DNA of 64,000 bases, taken from assembly GCA_963823665.1 (NCBI GenBank), contig CAWGMQ010000003.1, positions 1,088,001 to 1,152,000 of the forward strand. The letters run 5' to 3'. Source of the DNA: an uncultured Planctomycetota bacterium. Lineage in GTDB: Bacteria > Planctomycetota > Planctomycetia > Isosphaerales > Isosphaeraceae. A program made the translations under genes and the position numbers. The notes beneath the pieces were generated by a model. The model did not search any database. It saw only the letters and a list, made by a program, of their open reading frames with translations, and was not told the DNA's origin. Below are positions 9,132-17,595 of this stretch, in pieces (position 1 is the stretch's first letter; every line of letters begins with the position of its first letter).

Positions 9132-9323
9132 ATGATGACTGACAAGAACCAGACCGGGAAAGACGCCACGAACTTGGGCCCGGCTCCGGACGATTCCGCG
9201 CCGAAGGCGGCCAAGCCGTCGGAGGCCACGCGAGAATTGACTGACGAGGAGATCGCCGCGGTCGCCGGGGGCCTGAGCCACAAACCCAACCCTCCCCCGA
9301 TGATGCCGCTCGGCGGCGGCTGA
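9132..9323 (+). CDS. Double-glycine leader precursor peptide B (47-aa leader; core LSHKPNPPPMMPLGGG)
   Basis: AGAGGAGG RBS; RELTDEEIAAVAGG motif; leader paralogous to precursor A. Confidence 0.85.
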   Translation: MMTDKNQTGKDATNLGPAPDDSAPKAAKPSEATRELTDEEIAAVAGGLSHKPNPPPMMPLGGG

Positions 9324-9480
9324 GACCTCCGCGTTCCCGCAAGCGAGCTACAAACACTAGCGTCTACGAGATCTCTCCTACGGCAGCGGGGCGGGAGCAT
9401 GTTCCCGGCCCCGCGGCCGTAGGGGTCGTTCGAAGGCTCGCTGCCCCGCGCGAGCGGGGCTTGCGGCGAGGAATCATGCC

Positions 9481-10803
9481 ATGGGCAAGCGGTCATCCCA
9501 GGGATTGGCCTCGTTGATCGCGGAGCGGCCGGTCGAGGCGTTCGAGCAGCTCAACGTCGCGGTGCGAGTCGTCCCGCTGCACAACTGGTTCTTTCTCGCG
9601 GCGGCGCTCTTGACGTTCGGGGCCTTCGGGGCGTTCTCGTTCTGGTACCAGGTACCGATGAAGCTGGAGGGGCGAGGTATCCTGGTGGCGAAGCATGCCG
9701 TGAATTCGGAGTCGCTGCTCCAGGTCACGGCGCCGGCGGCGGGGCGGCTGCGAAAGGTTGCGGTGACGGTTGGCTCGGTCGTGCACGTGGGTGACGTGCT
9801 GGCCGAGATTGATCAGAAGGAGCTGGGAGACGAGGTGGATTCCGCCACGGCGGAGCTGGCCAGGCTGCGTGAGGAAGACGCGCGGATGACCCAGCTTGAT
9901 GAAGATGAGGCCAGGTCCAAGGCCGAGGCGGAAATGCAGCTCGAACGGTCGCTCGTGCGCACGATGGAGCTCGATCGATCGCGCCTGGCCACCCACCGGC
10001 GGATTGTCGCCGGCGACCAGACGTTGAAAGCCCGCCGGATGGTGAGCGACACCGATGCCCTCAAGTCGCAGGCCGCCGCCGACGAGGTGGAGAGCAGCGT
10101 GAGCGCCGCCGAGACGCGCCGGCACGAGATCGCGTATGAACGGGTGCGCGACGAGACGACGAGACGACGCGCCAGCCTCTTGCGCAAGCTTGCCGTGCGC
10201 GAGGCGGAGACCCGGCTGGGGCTGCTCCGGGCCAGGTTCGAGCGGGATACCCGGATCGTCTCTCCGCACAACGGCAAGGTCGTCGAGGTGCTGATCACTG
10301 CGCACGCGCCGGTGCAGATGGGCACCATCGCCGCGCTGCTCTGCCCGGTGGACACTGAGCCCGGGGCGCTCGAGGCGATCATCTTCGTGCCGGCGGGGCT
10401 GGGCAAGAAGATCCGGGTGGGAGCGGACGTGGAGGTTGCGCCGGACACGGTCCGGCGGCAGGAGCACGGGTTTATCCGGGCCGAGATCCGGTCGATCTCC
10501 GAGATGCCGTGCACCGGAGAGTCGATGCTTGCGGAGCTGAAGAACCCCACGCTGGTCTCCAGCTTCATCGAGCTGTACCGCGGCCAGGTGCTCCTCACCA
10601 TCCACGGCGCCCTCCGCGAGACCAACGCGGTGCGCGCGAGTGGGAGCCGCGTGGCGCTCAACCGGCTGGAATGGTCGTCAGCGTCGGGGGCTTTTCAGCC
10701 CGTCTCGGGCGGGACGCTCTGCTCTGCTTCGATTGTCGTCGAGCGACGGCCATTGATCGCCCTGGCGATGCCCTGGCTCAAAGGGCTGATCGGGATCGAT
10801 TGA
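9481..10803 (+). CDS. NHLP/NHLM bacteriocin-system secretion protein (HlyD family)
   Basis: EQLNVAVRVV N-terminus, one TM segment, GRGIL, coiled coil, GKKIRVG..PDTVRRQEHGFI, WSSASG, C-terminal ERRPLIALAMPWL. Confidence 0.88.
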   Translation: MGKRSSQGLASLIAERPVEAFEQLNVAVRVVPLHNWFFLAAALLTFGAFGAFSFWYQVPMKLEGRGILVAKHAVNSESLLQVTAPAAGRLRKVAVTVGSVVHVGDVLAEIDQKELGDEVDSATAELARLREEDARMTQLDEDEARSKAEAEMQLERSLVRTMELDRSRLATHRRIVAGDQTLKARRMVSDTDALKSQAAADEVESSVSAAETRRHEIAYERVRDETTRRRASLLRKLAVREAETRLGLLRARFERDTRIVSPHNGKVVEVLITAHAPVQMGTIAALLCPVDTEPGALEAIIFVPAGLGKKIRVGADVEVAPDTVRRQEHGFIRAEIRSISEMPCTGESMLAELKNPTLVSSFIELYRGQVLLTIHGALRETNAVRASGSRVALNRLEWSSASGAFQPVSGGTLCSASIVVERRPLIALAMPWLKGLIGID

Positions 10804-10874
10804 CCGGACCAGGCTGGTCTGGCCTGGTCTGGACCAGCTCTGGCCAACACGCGACGAACTGCCGGGGTTTGGTG

Positions 10875-13800
10875 ATGGCCGATCGAGCTCGACACGTGCG
10901 GTTCCGGAGAGTGAGGACGCCATCCGTCCTGCAGATGGAAGCCACGGAGTGCGGCGCGGCCTCGCTGGCGATGATTCTGGCCTACTATGGGCGCCGTGTG
11001 CCGCTCGAGGAACTGCGGGTCGAGTGCGGTGTGTCGCGAGACGGCAGCAACGCGCTGTATGTCAAGAAGACAGCCCAGAAGTACGGGCTCTCGGGCAAGG
11101 GGTACCGCATGACGACGGAGGAGCTGCGCGAGCTCCAGCCGCCGTTCATGGTCTTCTGGGAACTGAACCACTTCCTGGTTGTCGAGGGCCTGGGGCGCGA
11201 CCGAGTGTATCTGAACGACCCGGCGAGCGGGCGGCGGACGGTCAGCCTCGAGGAATTCACCGAGTCATATGCCGGAATCGTCTTCCGGTTCGAGCCGGCG
11301 CCGGGCTTCCGCGCAGGGGGAGCGAAGCCAAGCACGTGGCGGGCGATCGCCCGCCGGATGGGCGGCGCATCGACGGCGGTGGTGTTCGCGGTGGTGACTG
11401 GCGTGGCGATCCTGGCCGCCGAGGTCGTCGGGGCGACGTTCGCCCCCCTGTTCGTCGACCACATCATGGTTTCCGAGCGGCGGCCATGGATTCGCCCCCT
11501 GCTCGTGACGATGGGGCTCGTGCTCTTGTTCCGGCTGCTGATCGGGTTCATGCAGCTCGCCGGTCTGCTGCGGCTGAAGTGGTCGCTGGCGGCCACACAC
11601 TCGGCGCGGTTTGTGTGGCACGTGCTGCGGCTGCCGACAGCTTTCTATCAGCAGCGCTACGCGGGCGATATTGCCGGTCGTGTGGACGGCAACTCGGCGG
11701 TTGCCGACCTCGTGACCGGACCGCTTGCGACCACAGCCGTCGGTTTGATCATGGTTGTTGTCTACGGCGCAGTGATGTTCGCCATCGATCCCGTGCTGGC
11801 GGCGGTCGGCATGGTGCTGGGTGCGCTCAACATGGCGGGAATCGCGGCGGCGCAGCGGGCCCTGGCAGATGAGAACATCAAGGTCAGTCACTTCGGCGGT
11901 CTGCTCGCCGGGTCGATGATGCATGCCGTCCAGATCATCGAGACGATCAAGGCCGGTGCGTCCGAGCACGAAGCGCTCGTCCGTCTCACGGGCAACCAGG
12001 CCCGCGTGACCAATGCCTCGCAGCGCGTGAGCCTCGTGGCCGGACTGCTGGTCGTGCTGCCGCCCTTGCTGGCCCTGGTCACGACGGCGGCCGTGCTGGG
12101 CGTGGGCGGCGGCCACGTGAGCGACGGGCTCTTGAGCGTGGGCGCGCTGGTGGCTTTTCAGACGCTCGTCGCCCAGTTCAACCGGCCGTTTGGCGACCTG
12201 GTGGGACTGGGCTCGAGCGTGCAGACGCTCCAGGCGGAATTGGCCCGGCTCGACGATGTCGAGCAACACCGGATCGACCCCGTCTTCGAGTCCGTGCCGG
12301 GCGCGCCGGCCGCCGCGATCGCGTCGCCGGGCGTGACCGGCCGTGACACGCCGCGGCGCCTTTCCGGGCGGCTGGAGCTTCGTGATGTGACGTTCGGGTT
12401 CAACCGCACGCTTGACGAGCCGCTCATCAAGCGGTTGTCGCTCACGATCCGGCCAGGGAGCCGGGTCGCGCTGGTCGGATCCTCGGGCAGTGGTAAGTCG
12501 ACCGTCGGCCGGCTTGCTGCCGGACTGCTCCGTCCGTGGGAGGGAGAGATTCTCTACGACGGGTTCTCCATCGACGAGATCCCGCGCGACGTCTTCACAG
12601 ACCAGGTCGGGATGGTCGACGACCAGACGCTGCTATTCAGCGGAACGATCCGGGAGAACCTGACACTCTGGGACGGCGCCGTGGCCGACGGCGAGGTGAC
12701 GCGCGCGGCGATGGACGCCGGCATCCACCGCGAGGTCGCTCGGTTGCGTAATGGGTATTCCGCGCAGTTGTCGGAAGGGGCGCGCAACCTCTCGGGCGGC
12801 CAGCGACAGCGCATGGAGATCGCCCGAGCGCTGGTCCGCAACCCCGCGCTGCTCATCCTCGACGAGGCGACCAGCGCGCTGGACCCGGTGACCGAGGCGC
12901 TGGTGGACGACAACCTTCGCCGCCGCGGCTGCACTTGCCTGATCATCGCCCACCGGCTGAGCACCATTCGCGACTGCGAAGAAATCATCGTGCTTCGCCA
13001 GGGAAAGGTCATCGAGCGCGGCACGCACGAAGAGTTGATGGCCGATGCCAGCGGATTTTATGCCGGGCTTCAGACCCTCCAGGACGGCACCGCCTCCTCT
13101 GGCGCCGCCGTTCCCGCGAGGGAGGGGAGGCAGACCACCGTCGTGGTTCCTGCCGGCGTCGATGGCGTCGTCGCCGCAGGCGCACCCTTCGCCAACGGCA
13201 ATGCGTACCATTCGTCCGTTGCGGCCCCGTTGAACGAAACGGTCCAAACAGCCCCCACGCAGGCGGCCGCGCTTGCGGTTGCGACGCGCAAGGGCTCGGC
13301 CGAGACGGCGCTTTTTCAGGCCGCCGCGATCGCGGGCGAGACGATTCAAGCCGACCGGCCCGCCGACCTGGCCGAAGCACTGACGCTGGTGGGCGAGACG
13401 GCTACGGCCACGGGAAACCAGGCGCTTGCCCTCGACGACTCCGGGGCGTTCTGGCAGGTCACATCCGGGCAGATCGATGTCTTTTACCTCAGGCCGCACG
13501 CGGGCCAAGGCAGCGGGCGCCGACAGCATCTCTGCCGCGTCGAGGAGGGGGGCTCGATCTTCGGGCTGGAAGCGATGAGCGGTGGTGCTCAAGGCGATCT
13601 ACTGGCGGTCGGTGTTGGCCCAGCTCGACTGCTGAAGGTCCGCAAGACCGATTTGCTCCGCCTCAGTCTCGACCCTGACTGCCGTCGCGAAGTGGCGGCG
13701 CTGGTCGACGACTGGGTTGACCGGATCAGCCGGGCGACTTCGACCTCCTCCCCGTCGTGCGCAGAATTCCTCGAGCGGGACGAACCGCACGAGGCAGGCG

Positions 13801-16313
13801 CGGGCCGGGCACTCGCCGCTCGTCGCGAGGTTCTCTGGATAAAGCCCGGACCTACAGGAATCCGGTTCATCGACAAGGTGCTCGTCCCCATCTGCCCCCA
13901 CGAATCGCGTTTCCCGCTCTCGCCGCACGCTTGGGTCTGTTACAACCAGGCGGAAACCGTCCAGCCATGGGACACCGAGACCCTGATCGAAAAGGGCGAC
14001 CCATGGGAGGGCCTGAAGCGGTTTCACCAGGTGGTGCTCGAGGCGATCGCCGCGACCCAGGCGATCGAGACGGCCCAGGCCGACGCGCGGCGGGCGAACG
14101 CCTGGCTGCGTGACGGCGCGATGGTCACAACCGCTCTGTCCAGGCTGTGCTTGCAGGGTCCGGAGGGGCGGGGCGAGCAGGCTCCGGCCCTCGCCGCGCC
14201 GCTGACCTTGGCGGAGGGCGACCTTCTGGTCGCGGCATGCGCAGTCGTGGGTACGGCGCAAGGGATCGAGGTGGCGGCTCCGCGGCTCGATGACGTGACA
14301 GACCCTCTGCGCACCATCGCGCGCGCCTCGGGCTTTCGTACGCGGCGCGTCAAGCTGACGGGGAGGTGGTGGTCGCGGGAGGGCGTGCCGATGCTTGGCC
14401 GCTGGGCAGACAGCGGCCGGCCGATCGCCCTGATTTTCGACTCTTCACGCGGCTACATGCTCGTCGACCCCAAGGATAACACTCGAGTTCCGGTGGCCGG
14501 CGAGCGAGCTCGAGCGCTCCAGTCGAACGCGGTTGTCTTTTACCGGAGCCTCCCATCCGAGAATCCGACGCTCGGCGGGTTCGTCCGCTTCGCCCTGCCC
14601 TTCGTCCGGGGCGAGGTCTGGACGCTGGTGGCGATGGGTTTGATTTGCGGCCTGCTGGGCCTGGTCGTGCCGATCGTGATCGCGATCGCAATCGACGACG
14701 CGATACCCAGGGCGGACCGGCGGCAGCTCAACTTGATCTGCGCGTTCCTGCTCGCTGTAGCGCTGGCCGTCGCCTCGTTCCAGGCGATCCAGACGGTGGC
14801 GCTGGCCCGGCTGCGCGGCAAGCTGGAGTCGACTCTGCTGCCGGCATTCTGGGACAGGCTGCTCTCCCTGCCCGTTCGATTCTTCGCTCAATACGAGGCC
14901 GGCGACCTCGCAACCCGGGCCCTCGGTCCGCTCAGGCTGATCCCCGCGCTGACCGGCACGACCATGGCATCGATCCTGGCGTCGATCTTCGCGCTCTTCA
15001 ACGTGGCCGCGCTGTTGATTCTGAACTGGCGGCTGGGGCTGGTCGCGGCCGGGCTCATGACTGTCTTCCCACTGGCGACCGCCATCGCCATGCGGCCGCT
15101 CTGGAACTGCCAGCGCGGGATCTCAACCCTACGCGGCGAAATCTCCGGCCTGCTGTTCGTGCTGCTGGGAGGGATTTCGCGAATTCGCGTCGCCGGAGCC
15201 GAACGGCGGGCCTTCGCCCGGTGGGCAGCGCGCTACCAAGAGCAGCTCAGACGCAGCCTTCGCTTTCAGACGATCTGGGGCCGGCTGGTGCTCTTTGGCG
15301 ACGTCTGGCCGCTCGCGGTGCTGATGGCGGTACTCGCCTCCGCGGTCTTTGGCTCGGCGTTCCGGAGCGTCGGCGAGTTCCTCGCGTTCAATTCCTCGCT
15401 CATGCTGGGAGTCGCCGCGGCGGCCGGCCTCTCCAAGGGGGCCGTCTCCTTGATGGACGGCTTGAGGGAATGCGAGCGCTTCGCCCCGATCCTCACCGCA
15501 GCGCCAGAGGTCAACGAGGTCAGCGGCGAGGTGATCCGTCTGGGGGGTGCCATCCGGCTGGACAACGTCTCGTTCCGGTATACACCCGAGGGACCGCTGA
15601 TCCTTGATTCGGTGAATTTCCAGGTCCGGCCCGGAGAGTTCGTGGCGATTGTCGGCCCATCGGGTTCCGGTAAGTCGACCTTGCTGCGACTGCTGCTCGG
15701 GTTCGAAACGCCGACGGAGGGGTCTGTGTCGTACGACGGCCGCGAGCTGGAGACGCTCGACATCCAGGAGGTGCGCCGGCAGATCGGTGTCGTGCTCCAG
15801 GATGCGCGGTTACGCCCCGGCGACATCTATTCCAATATCGTCGGGCTCTCCACCGACTTGACGCGGGACGATGCCTGGGAAGCGGCCGAGCTCGCCGGGC
15901 TAGCCGAAGACATCGAGCAGATGCCCATGGGCATTCATACGGTCGTGAGCGAGGGAGGCAGCGGCCTCTCCAGCGGCCAGCGACAACGGTTGATCATCGC
16001 CCGGGCCCTGGCGGGCCGGCCGAAGATCCTGCTGTTTGACGAGGCCACAAGCGCGCTGGACAACCGCACCCAGGCGCACGTCAGCCAGAGCATCCATGCG
16101 CAGCTCGGCGGGACCACGCGGGTGGCAATCGCCCATCGGCTCAGCACCGTGATCGACGCGGATCGCATCTACGTGTTGAGCGGTGGAAAGATCGTCCAGA
16201 CCGGGCGCTACTCCCAACTGATCAGGGAGCCGGGCCCGTTCCGGGAGCTGGCGCGGCGCCAGATGCTGGCCCAGGCGCCCGAGGCTGTGGTGGGTGGGAG
16301 CTCCGGGGCCTGA
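10875..16313 (+). CDS. Fused NHLM-type ABC exporter: C39 peptidase-TMD-NBD, linker, then cNMP-like domain-TMD-NBD (1812 aa)
   Basis: QMEATECGAASL and HFLVVEG (C39 Cys/His); Walker A GSSGSGKST and GPSGSGKST; signatures LSGGQRQR and LSSGQRQR; two DEATSALD; single uninterrupted frame. Confidence 0.9.
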   Translation: MADRARHVRFRRVRTPSVLQMEATECGAASLAMILAYYGRRVPLEELRVECGVSRDGSNALYVKKTAQKYGLSGKGYRMTTEELRELQPPFMVFWELNHFLVVEGLGRDRVYLNDPASGRRTVSLEEFTESYAGIVFRFEPAPGFRAGGAKPSTWRAIARRMGGASTAVVFAVVTGVAILAAEVVGATFAPLFVDHIMVSERRPWIRPLLVTMGLVLLFRLLIGFMQLAGLLRLKWSLAATHSARFVWHVLRLPTAFYQQRYAGDIAGRVDGNSAVADLVTGPLATTAVGLIMVVVYGAVMFAIDPVLAAVGMVLGALNMAGIAAAQRALADENIKVSHFGGLLAGSMMHAVQIIETIKAGASEHEALVRLTGNQARVTNASQRVSLVAGLLVVLPPLLALVTTAAVLGVGGGHVSDGLLSVGALVAFQTLVAQFNRPFGDLVGLGSSVQTLQAELARLDDVEQHRIDPVFESVPGAPAAAIASPGVTGRDTPRRLSGRLELRDVTFGFNRTLDEPLIKRLSLTIRPGSRVALVGSSGSGKSTVGRLAAGLLRPWEGEILYDGFSIDEIPRDVFTDQVGMVDDQTLLFSGTIRENLTLWDGAVADGEVTRAAMDAGIHREVARLRNGYSAQLSEGARNLSGGQRQRMEIARALVRNPALLILDEATSALDPVTEALVDDNLRRRGCTCLIIAHRLSTIRDCEEIIVLRQGKVIERGTHEELMADASGFYAGLQTLQDGTASSGAAVPAREGRQTTVVVPAGVDGVVAAGAPFANGNAYHSSVAAPLNETVQTAPTQAAALAVATRKGSAETALFQAAAIAGETIQADRPADLAEALTLVGETATATGNQALALDDSGAFWQVTSGQIDVFYLRPHAGQGSGRRQHLCRVEEGGSIFGLEAMSGGAQGDLLAVGVGPARLLKVRKTDLLRLSLDPDCRREVAALVDDWVDRISRATSTSSPSCAEFLERDEPHEAGAGRALAARREVLWIKPGPTGIRFIDKVLVPICPHESRFPLSPHAWVCYNQAETVQPWDTETLIEKGDPWEGLKRFHQVVLEAIAATQAIETAQADARRANAWLRDGAMVTTALSRLCLQGPEGRGEQAPALAAPLTLAEGDLLVAACAVVGTAQGIEVAAPRLDDVTDPLRTIARASGFRTRRVKLTGRWWSREGVPMLGRWADSGRPIALIFDSSRGYMLVDPKDNTRVPVAGERARALQSNAVVFYRSLPSENPTLGGFVRFALPFVRGEVWTLVAMGLICGLLGLVVPIVIAIAIDDAIPRADRRQLNLICAFLLAVALAVASFQAIQTVALARLRGKLESTLLPAFWDRLLSLPVRFFAQYEAGDLATRALGPLRLIPALTGTTMASILASIFALFNVAALLILNWRLGLVAAGLMTVFPLATAIAMRPLWNCQRGISTLRGEISGLLFVLLGGISRIRVAGAERRAFARWAARYQEQLRRSLRFQTIWGRLVLFGDVWPLAVLMAVLASAVFGSAFRSVGEFLAFNSSLMLGVAAAAGLSKGAVSLMDGLRECERFAPILTAAPEVNEVSGEVIRLGGAIRLDNVSFRYTPEGPLILDSVNFQVRPGEFVAIVGPSGSGKSTLLRLLLGFETPTEGSVSYDGRELETLDIQEVRRQIGVVLQDARLRPGDIYSNIVGLSTDLTRDDAWEAAELAGLAEDIEQMPMGIHTVVSEGGSGLSSGQRQRLIIARALAGRPKILLFDEATSALDNRTQAHVSQSIHAQLGGTTRVAIAHRLSTVIDADRIYVLSGGKIVQTGRYSQLIREPGPFRELARRQMLAQAPEAVVGGSSGA

Positions 16314-16524
16314 GAATCGCTCGACGGGCCATTTTGCTGCGCCGTCGCCGGCGGACCAGCGCGACCGCTTCGACGGCGAGAACGGGCGCGAGCAGGAGCG
16401 GAAGGCCGATGCTCCGGCAAGGGGTTGCGAGAGGGGGTCGCCGCTCGTTACGCTAACCCCGTCAGGCGAGGCGGTAATGATCGGCTCGGTCGACCGGTCG
16501 CGCCCGCGAAGCGGCAGGAAGACC

Positions 16525-16550
16525 GTCCCCACGCAGAGCGTGGGAACGAG
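16525..16550. repeat. REP-like intergenic hairpin
   Basis: CCCACGC-AGA-GCGTGGG followed by AACGAG. Confidence 0.6.
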
Positions 16551-16632
16551 GGTGAAACAGCCACGAAGGGCATGATCACAGGATCGGGAGCTTGATCGCG
16601 GCTCGTGCCCAAGCGATGGAGGGACCAGGACG

Positions 16633-17589
16633 GTGCAGATAACAAAGGCGGTGATCACGGCGGCAGGCCGTGGGGCGCGACAGTATCCGGCGTCGGACAC
16701 CGTGCAGAAAGCGATGCTGCCCTTGGTCGACCGCGACGGGTTGACCAAGCCCGTCCTCCAGATCATTGCCGAGGAAGCGCTCGAGAGCGGCATCGAGGAG
16801 ATCGGCATCGTCACCGCACCCGGGGACGAAGCCATCTATCGCAATCATTTTCGCAACTATGCCTCGAACCTGCGCTCGACCTACCGGGGCGTGGAGTGGG
16901 CTGAACAGCAAGCCAGACGGCTCAGCGACCTCGAGCAGCGCCTGCGATTCGCCGTGCAGCCGCAGCCCGACGGGTATGGCCACGCGGTCTGGTGCGGCCG
17001 GGATTTAGTCGGCGAGGAGCCGTTTCTCCTCTTGCTTGGCGACCATCTTTATATATCCGCCGAAACGCGGCGATGCGCCCGGCAATTAATTGACCTGGCG
17101 GTCGCTGAAAACTGTCCGGTTTCGGCCGTTCAGGCCACGCGTGAACACTTAATCCATCAATACGGCACGCTGACCGGGCGGCGGCTGCCGCAGCATCCGG
17201 AGGTTTACAGCATCGAGGAGATCATCGAGAAGCCGAACCCGACTCTGGCCGAGCTGCGGCTTCAAGTCTCCGGGCTGCGGGCCGGCCACTACCTGTGTTT
17301 TTTCGGCATGCACGTGCTCTCGCCGGCCGTGTTCGACCTGCTCGATCGATTGGTGCGGGACAACACTCGCGAGCTGGGCCAGATTCAACTCACCACCGCG
17401 CTTGATGCGCTGGCTCGGAACGAGCGTTATCTTGCGCTCGAAACCAGGGGCAGCCGTTACAACCTGGGAGTCAAGTTCGGCGTGGTTGAGGCCCAGGTTG
17501 CACTGGCACTGGCGGGCGTCGATCGCGAGCGGATCCTGGCGCTGCTGCTCGAATCGATCGTTCGAGTGGAACAGAATCTTCCCCGGTGA
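16633..17589 (+). CDS. Sugar-1-phosphate nucleotidyltransferase (GalU-like)
   Basis: KAVITAAGRGARQYP...KAMLP, QPQPDGYGHAV, LLGDH, IEKP, IQLTTAL; GTG start. Confidence 0.85.
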   Translation: MQITKAVITAAGRGARQYPASDTVQKAMLPLVDRDGLTKPVLQIIAEEALESGIEEIGIVTAPGDEAIYRNHFRNYASNLRSTYRGVEWAEQQARRLSDLEQRLRFAVQPQPDGYGHAVWCGRDLVGEEPFLLLLGDHLYISAETRRCARQLIDLAVAENCPVSAVQATREHLIHQYGTLTGRRLPQHPEVYSIEEIIEKPNPTLAELRLQVSGLRAGHYLCFFGMHVLSPAVFDLLDRLVRDNTRELGQIQLTTALDALARNERYLALETRGSRYNLGVKFGVVEAQVALALAGVDRERILALLLESIVRVEQNLPR

Positions 17590-17595
17590 CATCTC

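Larger units (their letters stand above)
8590..9430 (+). repeat. Imperfect tandem duplication of about 420 bp, each unit carrying one precursor gene
   Basis: Shared upstream GGTCGT...CTTCGAGCAC, leader coding sequence, and downstream AGCGAGC..CACT.GCGTCT.C.AGATCT..GGGGCGGGAG..GTTCCCGGCC..CGTAGGG.TCGT. Confidence 0.8.

Noticed and set aside
431..9323. Sulfotransferase as maturase of the GG peptides (RaxST/RaxX-like system)
   Set aside because: The cores have no Tyr, the gene is 6.5 kb away across a tRNA boundary, and the family has three copies in this window alone. Ser/Thr sulfation cannot be excluded but has no support.
10509..10874. N-terminal extension of the 1934-aa ORF in the track
   Set aside because: Overlaps HlyD by about 300 nt; transporter homology begins at ATG 10875.
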